DNA from: Oligoflexia bacterium
GTDB lineage: Bacteria; Bdellovibrionota; UBA1018; CAIMNF01
Length of the DNA: 64,000 bases
Assembly (NCBI GenBank): GCA_903845155.1
Contig: CAIMWN010000266.1
Coordinates: forward strand, 3,517 to 67,516
Reading direction: 5' to 3'
Of the stretch, positions 28,384-38,053 are shown in pieces (position 1 is the stretch's first letter; every line of letters starts with the position of its first letter). The position numbers and the translations under genes were made by a program. The notes beneath the pieces were generated by a model, which worked only from the letters and a program-made list of their open reading frames with translations, was not told the origin of the DNA and made no database searches.

Positions 28384-30098
28384 CTTATGAATAGTTTACT
28401 CGATTTTGTTCTTCTGAAAAGTAGGAAATAAACTTTGGCCCCAATTGCAGTAAGAAAGGGAAGAAACCAAGCTAAGATGGATCCAAGTGGGATTTCTGAC
28501 TTGGGTGGATGCTGGCCATGTTTAAAATTGGCTGCATTCGCATTGCCGCAAAAACCAGCAGCATCTCGCGTGTTACCGGAACTTTTGACAGGTGAGCCCT
28601 CTGGCGACTGATAAACTCCTAGATCATCGGGCGGAGCGCATCTCGCATTACTGGGCAATTCGCTCGGGGCCGCTTTGGGTGAAGCATTGAAGGTAATGAC
28701 AAAATAGGGGACTGAGCTCGGAGTGATCGCGGGGGCCGGAAAGCCAGACGCGTGAGTGGCTTCGGCAGTCACTTTGACTTGAATGGGGCCATAGGCCTCG
28801 CCGGTGATTTTGCTATCAAAGATCTCGAAACTGGATTCTGCCCGATACATTGGGTTGGTGGTTTGAATCGGAATGATTTGTCCGCGTTCATCATAAACTT
28901 CAAGATTCACTTTAATCGGTGAGAGGAGAAGATAGGCGATCCCCGTAATTTGAAAGGGCCCGTGCGCATTGTATTGATAAACTTTAGTGGCCCCGACTTG
29001 AGTGCGGTCGACCAACATATCGGGTGTCGTTCGGATAGAAGAGAGAGGTACTGATTCCAATATTTCCTCACACTGAACTTTCATTTCACCCACTTCGGTA
29101 TTTAAACCTGACTGTACCAGATACTGATTGAGGTTGTGGCCGTCACTCGTGTTGAAATAAGTTGGAAAGCGATTTCCACTGCAGATTTGTGCAAAAGATT
29201 TGGCCTGAACTCCCGTAGGAACGGAATGTGTCGATCCTTGGAAGTGTTCAATCATGAGTGCGACACCCCCCGCTTCAAGGGCCCCAAAATAGAATCGACC
29301 ATTTTGGTCACTGTGAACAGACGCGATTGGAATTCCTCGTTGCTTTGATATTGCGGTGACCATGGCCCCCGCAACTGGATCGCCATTCGGTGCTAAAATG
29401 GTTCCGGTCAACGTACCTATCCCACTGAGATCCGAGGGATAGAGATGTCTCGCGCCGGCCCAGTCATCGCAGCCTATTTTTGATTGCTCTGCGTATTCAA
29501 CATAGAGCATGGAAGAATTGATATTTCCGCTATGGGACAAGCCGATTGCATGTCCAAGTTCGTGGGTGATGATGTTATTGAGGTAAACTTTCGGCCTTGA
29601 AAACTGGTGGTTGTGGCTTGAACTGGTATCATAAGGTGAGTTCGTCAGTTCATAATCGCGATCATTCAGCATGATATCTGCCTCAATGATGTCGCCATTG
29701 TTGCTGTTAAACCATAGTTTCGTGTACCCAATAATATTTTGATCAATGCTTTCTTGGGAGTTTGAAGCAAAGAAAATTGAACTTAAGCCATTATTTTTTA
29801 GGTTAGTTTCGTACTCTCCCGTAGTGCCTTGCCAATAATCAAAATCAACCATCCCGTGCGTGGCCCATTTCCATTGCTGAAGCCCGTCGACGACTGCAGA
29901 TCTAAATAGATCTGAGGGGAATCCGTCTCGTCCGGTAGGATTGCCCGCTAGAAAAAACTTTTGCCCATATTTCCACCGGATTTGCTTGCCTGTATCAGTG
30001 GTGGAAAGAGTATAGGCGAATGAGGTTTGAAGTTCAAAAATGGTCGAGAAGCTGAGCATTAAAAATAGAGGAACTGGCAAGAATTTCATTCGTGACAC
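28380..30098 (-). CDS. matrixin-like (M10) zinc metalloprotease with CarboxypepD_reg-like beta-sandwich and C-terminal hydrophobic anchor
   Basis: HELGHAIGLSHS (HExxHxxGxxH) with Met-turn SMLY. The segment TGTILAPNGDPVAGAMV...DQNGRFYFGALEAGG resembles a carboxypeptidase regulatory domain. C-terminus ILAWFLPFLTAIGAKVYFLLFRRTKSS. Confidence 0.75.
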   Translation of the reverse strand: MSRMKFLPVPLFLMLSFSTIFELQTSFAYTLSTTDTGKQIRWKYGQKFFLAGNPTGRDGFPSDLFRSAVVDGLQQWKWATHGMVDFDYWQGTTGEYETNLKNNGLSSIFFASNSQESIDQNIIGYTKLWFNSNNGDIIEADIMLNDRDYELTNSPYDTSSSHNHQFSRPKVYLNNIITHELGHAIGLSHSGNINSSMLYVEYAEQSKIGCDDWAGARHLYPSDLSGIGTLTGTILAPNGDPVAGAMVTAISKQRGIPIASVHSDQNGRFYFGALEAGGVALMIEHFQGSTHSVPTGVQAKSFAQICSGNRFPTYFNTSDGHNLNQYLVQSGLNTEVGEMKVQCEEILESVPLSSIRTTPDMLVDRTQVGATKVYQYNAHGPFQITGIAYLLLSPIKVNLEVYDERGQIIPIQTTNPMYRAESSFEIFDSKITGEAYGPIQVKVTAEATHASGFPAPAITPSSVPYFVITFNASPKAAPSELPSNARCAPPDDLGVYQSPEGSPVKSSGNTRDAAGFCGNANAANFKHGQHPPKSEIPLGSILAWFLPFLTAIGAKVYFLLFRRTKSSKLFIR

Positions 30099-30124
30099 TA
30101 CGTATCACATCCGTGCCTAATTGC

Positions 30125-30934
30125 TCACTTTTTTCTGTATAAAATGAGTGCAACCCCAAGGACCGCCATAAGAAGTCCTATAGTCAAGTATAGGTAAGTG
30201 TTTGAACTTTTATCACTATTTTTAATATCTTGAGAAGGCTGCTCGGAATTTGAAGCTTGCAAACTTGGGTGGTTCGCACTACTCGCGGGGAGATTTTTTT
30301 TAGTGAAGTTGTTTTGGGCTGGAGGCGGCGGTGCAACTGGTTGCGATACTGGTGTCGCCCCTTGTTCGTGAATTAGTTTTCGTAAATCGGGTAGGGTCCA
30401 CGGTTTCCGGTTCTCGCTGATATCCACTCCGCTTTGGTCTTGATGTGGATCGGAAGAGTGATTCTCTCTTGCGCCGGAATAATTAAAAATTCCTCCCGTG
30501 AGGACCACTTGTCCGTTCTGGTCTTGAAGTCCATACTTTCCAAGTTCAAGTCCGGTCACCTCAAAGGAGTGGTCTTCCTTTTCAGGTCCCAAGAAGAGTA
30601 CGGTTTCTTCTCCCTCGGTAAACTCGGGGGAGCTTGGAATTTCAAGCGTCATTCCATCTTTGGAGCCGCCAATTTTTCTGATTAGAATTCGGTTGAAGTT
30701 GAGGGTACCCTTGAGCACTTCCTTTACATCGAGATTGGCAAAAGTATAAATGGTTTTCCCCCCTTCGTTGGTTAGGCCGTTTTCGACGTGAATATTCGAG
30801 ATCATGCCATGAACGATGAATGCTGTAGACTTCGTAAATTCACTGAAAGGACGAATGTAAAAACTAGTAGCTTCACAGAAGTTGAGTGAGAAGAGGGTTG
30901 CGGTCAGGGATACGAAAAGGAAGTGCAACTTCAT
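30125..30934 (-). CDS. secreted Pro-rich protein with C-terminal TM helix + basic tail
   Basis: Signal peptide from the internal Met (MKLHFLFVSLTATLFSLNFCEA). PPPP-rich linker. C-terminus LYLTIGLLMAVLGVALILYRKK. Confidence 0.45.
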   Translation of the reverse strand: MKLHFLFVSLTATLFSLNFCEATSFYIRPFSEFTKSTAFIVHGMISNIHVENGLTNEGGKTIYTFANLDVKEVLKGTLNFNRILIRKIGGSKDGMTLEIPSSPEFTEGEETVLFLGPEKEDHSFEVTGLELGKYGLQDQNGQVVLTGGIFNYSGARENHSSDPHQDQSGVDISENRKPWTLPDLRKLIHEQGATPVSQPVAPPPPAQNNFTKKNLPASSANHPSLQASNSEQPSQDIKNSDKSSNTYLYLTIGLLMAVLGVALILYRKK

Positions 30935-30963
30935 ATAAACTAGCGTATCAATAAAGCTATAAG

Positions 30964-32742
30964 ATGGCACTCGTTCCTCGCTCAGTACTTGAAAAAACTA
31001 AATCAAGCGTCATTTATTTGTTACTGTTTATTTGCTTGATTCTCGCGGTGATGGGTATTTACCGTGGTGGGATTCATTTATCTGAACTCAAAGCTGAAAC
31101 CGTTTTCCTTCCTGATCTTCCCGGAGCAATATTTCTCTCCTTAATGCGAATGACCGCCGCTTATCTTGCCTCGCTAGTATTTGCATATGTGTCAGGAATT
31201 CTTGCGGCAAGAACTGCTATCGGTGAGCGCGTAATTCTTCCGATTCTTGATATTTTACAGTCGGTTCCTGTGGTGGCCTTTTTTCCGGCCGCGATTAGTT
31301 TTTTCATTGGAATTGCCTCAGGTCATCGCATCGGTGTTGAAATGGCAGCGGTGTTTTTAATTTTTACTTCTCAAGCATGGAATATTGGCTTTGCAGTTTA
31401 TGAAGCGGTAAAAGCGATACCTGAGGAAAATGAAGAAGCCGTATCGAGTTTAGGCCTTTCTCAGAGTCAGCGTTTGTTCGGCTTATATATACCAGCATCC
31501 ATTCCCCGCGTCGTTTACAATTCCATGCTTTCTTGGTCGAACGGTTGGTTTTTTCTCGTCGCTTGTGAAATTATTGCGGTGGGTCCAGTAAGGTATAATT
31601 TGCCTGGAATTGGTAGCTTTTTAGCGAAGGCTGCCGAAGACGAAAATATACCGCTCGTGTTGTGGGGGCTACTCGCGCTCGCGGTCGTCATCCTCCTTCT
31701 TGATTTCCTGATGTGGCGCCCACTTCTGATTTGGTCCAACCGCTTTAGGCAAGATGCGACTGCTAATCAAGACGCCGAGGATGTGGGTGTGTTTTTGAAT
31801 CTCCCGAAAACAATTGCAACGCGTCTCTCTTTTTTAACTGAACCGATTCTCAAAATTATTTTTGCCCTCACTTTCCCCATTCGGTGGATGTTCCGTGAAA
31901 TCTTATTTCCACTGTTTTGGGATTTGCCCACCGCACTCCTCTCGGGTCTTTGGTTTGAAGTGAGTCGCCCCGTGGAGCCGCTCTTTCAAAGAACTCAAAA
32001 AATTAGAACCGCGATCGGTTTTTTTGCTTTAGGTTTTTTGGTGGTTCTCGGATTTTTTTATATTTGGAATTCATTTAAGGGGCCGCTTCCTCCGGTCATT
32101 GCTGATATTCCCATGGGCATATTTTATTCGACGATGAGAATTTTTGTGGCGCTTCTGATTTCATTTTCTTGGATTCTGCCGCTCATATATTTTACTTGGA
32201 ATAGGCCTAAAATTCGCCATATTCTGACTACTATTGCCCAGTTAGGAGCATCTCTTCCTGCGACGGCACTCTTTCCGTTGATTGTGCTTGTGGGTGTACG
32301 TCGCTTTGGTGGGGGGATGGATTTTGCGACCCTAGTCCTGCTCACGTTTGGAATTCAGTGGTACATTTTGTTTAATGCAATAGGTGGGGTGGCGATTATT
32401 CCTTCCGATTTAATTGATGCCACTCGAGCATATGGCTTAACCCCATTTCAAACTTTTAGAAAACTTGTGCTTCCGTCCATTAGGCCCGCGCTCATCACGG
32501 GCGCGATCACCGCATGGGGTGGTGGGTGGAACGCGCTCGTAGTGGCCGAATATATTAGTGTTAAAAATCAAGTTATGAAGGTGAAGGGTTTGGGTGCACT
32601 TTTAAGTTATTCGGTGTATGAATTAGGGGATGGAAAGGCAATTTCACTTTGTATTATTGTGATGGTTGCCTGGATTTTAATTTTTAATTTATTATTATGG
32701 CAACCGCTTTACCACCGGAGTTTGGAAAAGTATAAACTGTGA
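30964..32742 (+). CDS. ABC transporter permease, fused double transmembrane domain (NitT/TauT-like)
   Basis: 592 aa. Two BPD-transporter-like halves, each with an EAA-like loop. 12 or more TM helices. Confidence 0.7.
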   Translation: MALVPRSVLEKTKSSVIYLLLFICLILAVMGIYRGGIHLSELKAETVFLPDLPGAIFLSLMRMTAAYLASLVFAYVSGILAARTAIGERVILPILDILQSVPVVAFFPAAISFFIGIASGHRIGVEMAAVFLIFTSQAWNIGFAVYEAVKAIPEENEEAVSSLGLSQSQRLFGLYIPASIPRVVYNSMLSWSNGWFFLVACEIIAVGPVRYNLPGIGSFLAKAAEDENIPLVLWGLLALAVVILLLDFLMWRPLLIWSNRFRQDATANQDAEDVGVFLNLPKTIATRLSFLTEPILKIIFALTFPIRWMFREILFPLFWDLPTALLSGLWFEVSRPVEPLFQRTQKIRTAIGFFALGFLVVLGFFYIWNSFKGPLPPVIADIPMGIFYSTMRIFVALLISFSWILPLIYFTWNRPKIRHILTTIAQLGASLPATALFPLIVLVGVRRFGGGMDFATLVLLTFGIQWYILFNAIGGVAIIPSDLIDATRAYGLTPFQTFRKLVLPSIRPALITGAITAWGGGWNALVVAEYISVKNQVMKVKGLGALLSYSVYELGDGKAISLCIIVMVAWILIFNLLLWQPLYHRSLEKYKL

Positions 32743-33518
32743 CAAATCCTCACTTAAATCAAACTGAAGAAACGATCATTGAAATGAAAAATGTTTCAAA
32801 GAACTTCATGCTCCCTCAGGGGCAGGTGACAGTTCTTGAGAATATTTCTTTCAAGGCGGTAGAGGGTGAGTTTGTCGCCATTGTTGGGCCATCAGGCGCA
32901 GGTAAAAGTACCCTCTTAAGGCTAATGAACGGTCTCCTTGCTCCAAGTGTAGGGAACGTTCTTTATCAAGGTAAAGAGCAGCATGGAATCAATTTTGAAT
33001 CGGCGATGGTGTTTCAAAACTTTGGTCTTTTACCTTGGTTGACTGTCGCTCAAAATATTGAACTCGGTCTTGAGGCGCGAACCAAGGATGCAGCGCTAAA
33101 AAAAGAGAAGGTGAATCGATATATCACCAAAGTAGGATTAGATGGATATGAAGAAGCATATCCGAGAGAACTTTCAGGGGGGATGAAGCAAAGGGTGGGA
33201 CTAGCGCGAGCACTCGCGATTGAACCGTCTTTGCTGCTCATGGACGAGCCATTTTCATCATTAGATGTGTTAACATCTATTAACCTTCGGAACGAATTAC
33301 TCGACATTTGGAGTGATCGAGATAACGTCGTAAATACAATGATCATGGTCACACACATCATTGAAGAAGCGATTGAGCTCGCCGATCGGATTATTATTTT
33401 ATCCAATCGACCGGGTAAAGTTGTGGGGGACATTAAAATTGACTTGCCACGTCCCAGGCAAAAACGTGATAAAAGGTTTATCGAATATGTGGATCGAATA
33501 TTCTCGCTGCTTGCGTGA
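32739..33518 (+). CDS. ABC transporter ATP-binding protein
   Basis: Walker A GPSGAGKST. Signature LSGGMKQRVGLARAL. Walker B LLLMDEPFSSLD. ATGA-type overlap with the permease. Confidence 0.9.
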   Translation: MTNPHLNQTEETIIEMKNVSKNFMLPQGQVTVLENISFKAVEGEFVAIVGPSGAGKSTLLRLMNGLLAPSVGNVLYQGKEQHGINFESAMVFQNFGLLPWLTVAQNIELGLEARTKDAALKKEKVNRYITKVGLDGYEEAYPRELSGGMKQRVGLARALAIEPSLLLMDEPFSSLDVLTSINLRNELLDIWSDRDNVVNTMIMVTHIIEEAIELADRIIILSNRPGKVVGDIKIDLPRPRQKRDKRFIEYVDRIFSLLA

Positions 33519-33560
33519 TTTATTAGAATTTTCAGTTCGAGATGGTATAACGGAGTACAT

Positions 33561-34082
33561 ATGAAATCATCGGAGGGGGATACGGTTCCCCCACAATCGC
33601 TTCCTGAAATTGGCATTAGCCAGATATTGGGTTTGGTAGAATTACTTATCGGTAAAGAGGGTGCTCGTGAAGACATCTATCGCTTAGCAGGCGAACTCTC
33701 GATGGAGCTTGGTGAAACACTCACCGTCATCAAAGCAGCAGAAATGCTCGGCCTCGTTCACACTCCAGGTGGAGATGTGGTCGTAGAGGCTTTTGGAACT
33801 AAAGTAATTGATGCCAGCATTCCTGAGCGAAAAGAACTCCTTCGCGAGAAAATTGAATTACTTCCCGTTTTCAAAAAAGTACGCGAATTTTTAGCGACTG
33901 AAGAAAATCACGAAGTGACCCGTGAACAAGTCTCAGAAAAGCTCGCAGAACTCATTCCCAATGAAGATGCAGAATCATCGTTTAGTACGCTCGTAAACTG
34001 GGGCCGCTATGCAGAATTGTTTGGGTACAATGATGATTCCCAGACGTTTTATTTAGATACAGACGAAGATCGCGGCGAATAG
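33561..34082 (+). CDS. hypothetical cytoplasmic acidic protein, possibly ABC-transporter accessory
   Basis: 173 aa immediately downstream of the ATPase. No motif recognised with confidence. Confidence 0.35.
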   Translation: MKSSEGDTVPPQSLPEIGISQILGLVELLIGKEGAREDIYRLAGELSMELGETLTVIKAAEMLGLVHTPGGDVVVEAFGTKVIDASIPERKELLREKIELLPVFKKVREFLATEENHEVTREQVSEKLAELIPNEDAESSFSTLVNWGRYAELFGYNDDSQTFYLDTDEDRGE

Positions 34083-34430
34083 ATTTTAAAGATCGCAAAC
34101 CTTGATTATGGACAATCATTTCTCGGTTAGGCTTCCTGATTTGCTTCACTCGCATCGTGCTCGTGACAGGATATTAAATCCTGGCGCACGCTTCGGGCTC
34201 ATGCCCTCATCGTATTCGCTTAAGCCTTCGCGAACTGGGGAGTTCGCTTCAATGGGCCGCTCAAAAAGTCGCAATTCCTTTATTATAAATAGAGGAGCCG
34301 CAAACAATTTAGATCAGGATCGTCGCCCCCAATCTTAAGCCGCTTAAAACTTATTCGTTTCGATTTCAATCTAGTTGTCCCAACGGCCATTAAACAAAAT
34401 GTCGTTTGGTTTAATGTCTTGGTATATCTC

Positions 34431-35314
34431 TTACCAACTCGGGTCGTCTTTATACTTTTGAAGAGGGTCGATTTTTGGTTTGGGAGAAATAAGTTCAATG
34501 ATTTTTTTAGGTGCCCAAAGAACATCGAAGTTGGCAACGGCACCCACTTCTCCGCCGCCTATAGTGGGAACGATGGTGGTGCTCAGGCCCTGAAGTGGAC
34601 CTAAACTTGGGTTAAATTTGCTTTGGTGGAAATTACGGTAAAAGTTGAGACCGTTCTCAATAGTAAATTTCGGATCCTTCTCCAATGAAGCAAAGCCGGG
34701 TTCCTTGATTTCAAACTGAAAGCTGCAGAGTACATCAAACTTTTCATGAAATGTGAGTTTTGCTGCTGGGATGGGATCTTGAAATGCGTGTCGAAGTGTT
34801 CTTGCGACTAAAACTTTTAGAACATTTGAGCTCGTTTTATATTCTGTTTCATTTTCTAAAAGTTTCCACTACCTGAAAACCAAATCCTTGCACTGACCAT
34901 TCCGACTACTTTTTGATCAATCAGCTCAGAGGGGTAAACTAAATGCCCGTCGATGGTTTTAAATATGTAATCATAGAGTTTCAGATTTTTGGTTTCGCGG
35001 GCGAAGTTAACTGAGGGCATGGCGAGAGATGTGCCACCGATGGGCTGAGTGTTCAAGTTATACTTTAATCCAAGTGAATCCAGCGTGACAGCTGGTCTGC
35101 CTTCGCCTTTGGTCGCGCGCTTGATGAATGTCCTCTGTTTTTGAGTGAGAGCTTTATCGGTAGTTGATTCAATTTTAACAAATTCAATTTCAATAGGTTG
35201 AAAGTATGTTTTTGGAATAAGGGGAGTGAGGAGGAGTAACGCCAACCCGAACACTAAGAGGTGTGCGGAAAGTGACAGTTTGAGTGGTGCTGGCAATCGA
35301 AGTATCGAAGTCAC
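34431..35314 (-). pseudogene. secreted/membrane protein gene split by a frameshift
   Basis: ORF 34856..35314 ends in a stop. From 34868 downward the adjacent frame stays open for 146 codons, with no start codon until the TTG at 34685. Confidence 0.35.
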
Positions 35315-35559
35315 AGTGACAAGCTAGCATGGTCCCGTATTTTTGCAATCGTGATGAATTCAGACCGATTTTAACACATGATCGTGCCGCCTCGCCTAGC
35401 GATTCTTGAAATCGCAATTTGCGATATCAAGTTCAGGCTGGGGAGGCAGGAGGACTGCTCCTCTAGTCTTCACTGCAATTCGCGAGTTAATGTCAAATCA
35501 TTCCGTACCTAGGAAAAGAATTATTGGGTTAGGAAACCCTGATAATTGAGCCTTGCGAT

Positions 35560-36792
35560 TTAAACTGCCGTAGATTCACGATCATTCTTTTCCATCGTAT
35601 CAACCACAATCGACAAGGTCATATCGCTGAGCACATTCACCACCGAGCGGCCGCGGGCGACGATCCAATCTACAGTGAGTAATAGCGGCAGCTGATCAGT
35701 GGGGATTCCTACGGCAGTGGCAACAATCGAGAGCGAAATAAAGCCAGCCTCCGGGATGCCGCCGATTCCCATGGCCGCCAGTAAGGAAATTGCGCAAGCC
35801 ATGAATTGTTGGCCAAAGCTCAAATGAATTCCATTGGCTTGGGCTAGGAACAGGACTCCCATTGCTTCGTAAAGTATCACGCCATCGTTGTTGAGATTGG
35901 TGGCTATTCCAGCCCCGAGCGCTGAAGCGGAGGGGGAAATTTTTAAAGTATCGAGTGATTTAAGTGTAAGCGGGAGGGTGGCCAATGATGAGTTTACGCT
36001 AAAGGCGTAAGTGAGGGCGTCTTTGCTCGCATTCCAGAAATCGCGCAAAGGGATTCTGGAATACTTAATAATCCAAAACCCATAAACGAGGACAGCGTGC
36101 AAGGTTAAGCCACCCAGTGCCACGACGAGGTACATAAAGAGAGCTCTCATGGGCGCAAACCCATACTGGTGAATTGAGCTTCCAATCGCGGCGAAAACAG
36201 CAAGTGGAACGAGAGCAATGATCATTGATAAAAATCGTTCTAGCGTTTTTTTAATCAAAGTAAACGAAGAGCGTTCGTCAGCCCTGGAGTGGCCATAGGC
36301 TTCCGCGCGCACCTTTTTTATAATTAAGCCTAATACGAGCGCAAATACAGCAAGAAAAAGAATGTCATTTTTCAAAAACGGGTCCAAGAGGCTTCGGGGG
36401 GCAAACTGCTGAATGAAGCCAGAAAGCGAGAAGGTGCCACCGCCTTCATTGATGGTGTCGTGCATGTTGTTTGAAAAAACTTGAAAGTGTAAGCCAGGTT
36501 GAAAAATATTCGAAAATAAAAGTCCGATGATGAGTGCAATGTAAGAATTAATGACCGCAACGGTGATCACTCTTTTTCCCATTCTCCAATTTAATTCCGT
36601 ATTCAGAACAGACAGGATCACCATAAAAAATAAATAAGGTGCCGCTGCAATTTTAATCAGCTGGATGATGGATTTCCCTAAGGTAACCAAGGCGTCTGGC
36701 CAAATGGTAAGGCGTGACCCCAACACCATTCCTAAAACCATGGCAATCAGAATGATGCTCGACATTTTTTTTCTAGAGAGGAGTGTAGTCAT
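35560..36792 (-). CDS. dicarboxylate/amino acid:cation symporter (DAACS family)
   Basis: 410-aa polytopic membrane protein. Conserved re-entrant loop pattern AIGSSIHQYG...GIPEAGFISL typical of GltP/DctA-type transporters. Confidence 0.7.
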   Translation of the reverse strand: MTTLLSRKKMSSIILIAMVLGMVLGSRLTIWPDALVTLGKSIIQLIKIAAAPYLFFMVILSVLNTELNWRMGKRVITVAVINSYIALIIGLLFSNIFQPGLHFQVFSNNMHDTINEGGGTFSLSGFIQQFAPRSLLDPFLKNDILFLAVFALVLGLIIKKVRAEAYGHSRADERSSFTLIKKTLERFLSMIIALVPLAVFAAIGSSIHQYGFAPMRALFMYLVVALGGLTLHAVLVYGFWIIKYSRIPLRDFWNASKDALTYAFSVNSSLATLPLTLKSLDTLKISPSASALGAGIATNLNNDGVILYEAMGVLFLAQANGIHLSFGQQFMACAISLLAAMGIGGIPEAGFISLSIVATAVGIPTDQLPLLLTVDWIVARGRSVVNVLSDMTLSIVVDTMEKNDRESTAV

Positions 36793-36862
36793 GCTGAAAT
36801 TGTACTCAGAAATCTGAAGATTTGCGAAACAATAAAGGGTATTTGCAAGCCTATTTAGAAAA

Positions 36863-38053
36863 CTAAACTGAACGCTTTAGTGTAAAGTGAGTGACTTCGC
36901 CCGGAATTCCGAGACGATTCGGTGGACCCCAAAAGCCAGTTCCGCGATTCACATAGAGTTGAGTGATGTCGTTGATGTGGTAGTGGCCTTCAAAGTGCTT
37001 CAAATAAATTCGGGCAATGAATGTAAATGGATAAAATTGCCCTGCATGTGTGTGGCCAGAAACTTGGAAATGAACTCCGGCCGCTGTGGCACCGTCAATG
37101 CTGTAGGGGTTGTGCGCGAGAAGAATCTTGCAATCAACAGGAAGGTTAGTTTTTACTGCTTTGAAGGGATTGGTGGCGTGTTCAGCTGAATACCTGCCGC
37201 CATGCCAATCATAAACGCCTGCGATCATTAAATGTGAATCGCTGCCATCAGTGGAGGGACGCGTGAGGATGGTATTGGTATTTTTAAAAACGTGAATCCC
37301 CATGGATTCAATGTGAGCGACCCATTCTTCAACCCCGGAGTAATATTCATGGTTGCCTGTGCAGAAGTAGATGCCTTCCTTTGCCTTTAAGCGCGAGAGG
37401 GGGGCCACATGTTGGCTCAGTTGTTCGACGGTGCCATCTACTAAGTCGCCCGTAATAAATATGAGATCAGGATTTAAACTCATGACCTGATCGACGACCG
37501 AATTTAAGGCACCTTCATGAATCAGGGGGCCGATATGCACGTCCGAAATTTGGGCAATCGTTAGCCCATCAAAGGATGGAGGTAGTGTTTTTAATTGGAT
37601 GGTGACATGAGTAATTTTCGGCCCCATTTTCGCCTGAATTAGTCCTCCAATAGTAGATAACGTGGTCACGGCGAGTATGCTTTGGGTAACCCCCTCGGTG
37701 AGAAAGCTTCTCTTTTCAGCTTTGAAAGGGAGGCGCGCAAGTCTAACTACAGCATTGATGATTTCCGCCGCAAGTAAAGTAATGAGCACAACGCCCACCC
37801 AACCCATGAAAAAATATTGCAAAAATTGGAGTAAATAGGTGAAGGGATCCGCCGGATTGTTTTGAGTAATCCGATAGTGGAGTGGTGCTGCGATCATTAC
37901 TGCAGTGATCACCACCAGCAGGGCTAGAAATCTGAGTCGCCCCTGTCTTGAAAGATTGAGTCTGCTTCTGAGTATTCTATAAATAGTACCGCAAATGAGG
38001 ATCGCAATTAAACTGTATGCAGATGCATAGCGGAGCAGAAGCGCATTACTCAT
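36863..38053 (-). CDS. membrane-anchored calcineurin-like metallophosphoesterase
   Basis: Four N-terminal TM helices. GDLVDG and GNHEY phosphoesterase motifs. Confidence 0.75.
   Translation of the reverse strand: MSNALLLRYASAYSLIAILICGTIYRILRSRLNLSRQGRLRFLALLVVITAVMIAAPLHYRITQNNPADPFTYLLQFLQYFFMGWVGVVLITLLAAEIINAVVRLARLPFKAEKRSFLTEGVTQSILAVTTLSTIGGLIQAKMGPKITHVTIQLKTLPPSFDGLTIAQISDVHIGPLIHEGALNSVVDQVMSLNPDLIFITGDLVDGTVEQLSQHVAPLSRLKAKEGIYFCTGNHEYYSGVEEWVAHIESMGIHVFKNTNTILTRPSTDGSDSHLMIAGVYDWHGGRYSAEHATNPFKAVKTNLPVDCKILLAHNPYSIDGATAAGVHFQVSGHTHAGQFYPFTFIARIYLKHFEGHYHINDITQLYVNRGTGFWGPPNRLGIPGEVTHFTLKRSV

Noticed and set aside
33050-33676. 208-aa ORF antisense to the ABC ATPase gene
   Set aside because: It is fully embedded antisense in a gene with unambiguous Walker A, Walker B and signature motifs. 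Its composition is Ser-rich and low-complexity.
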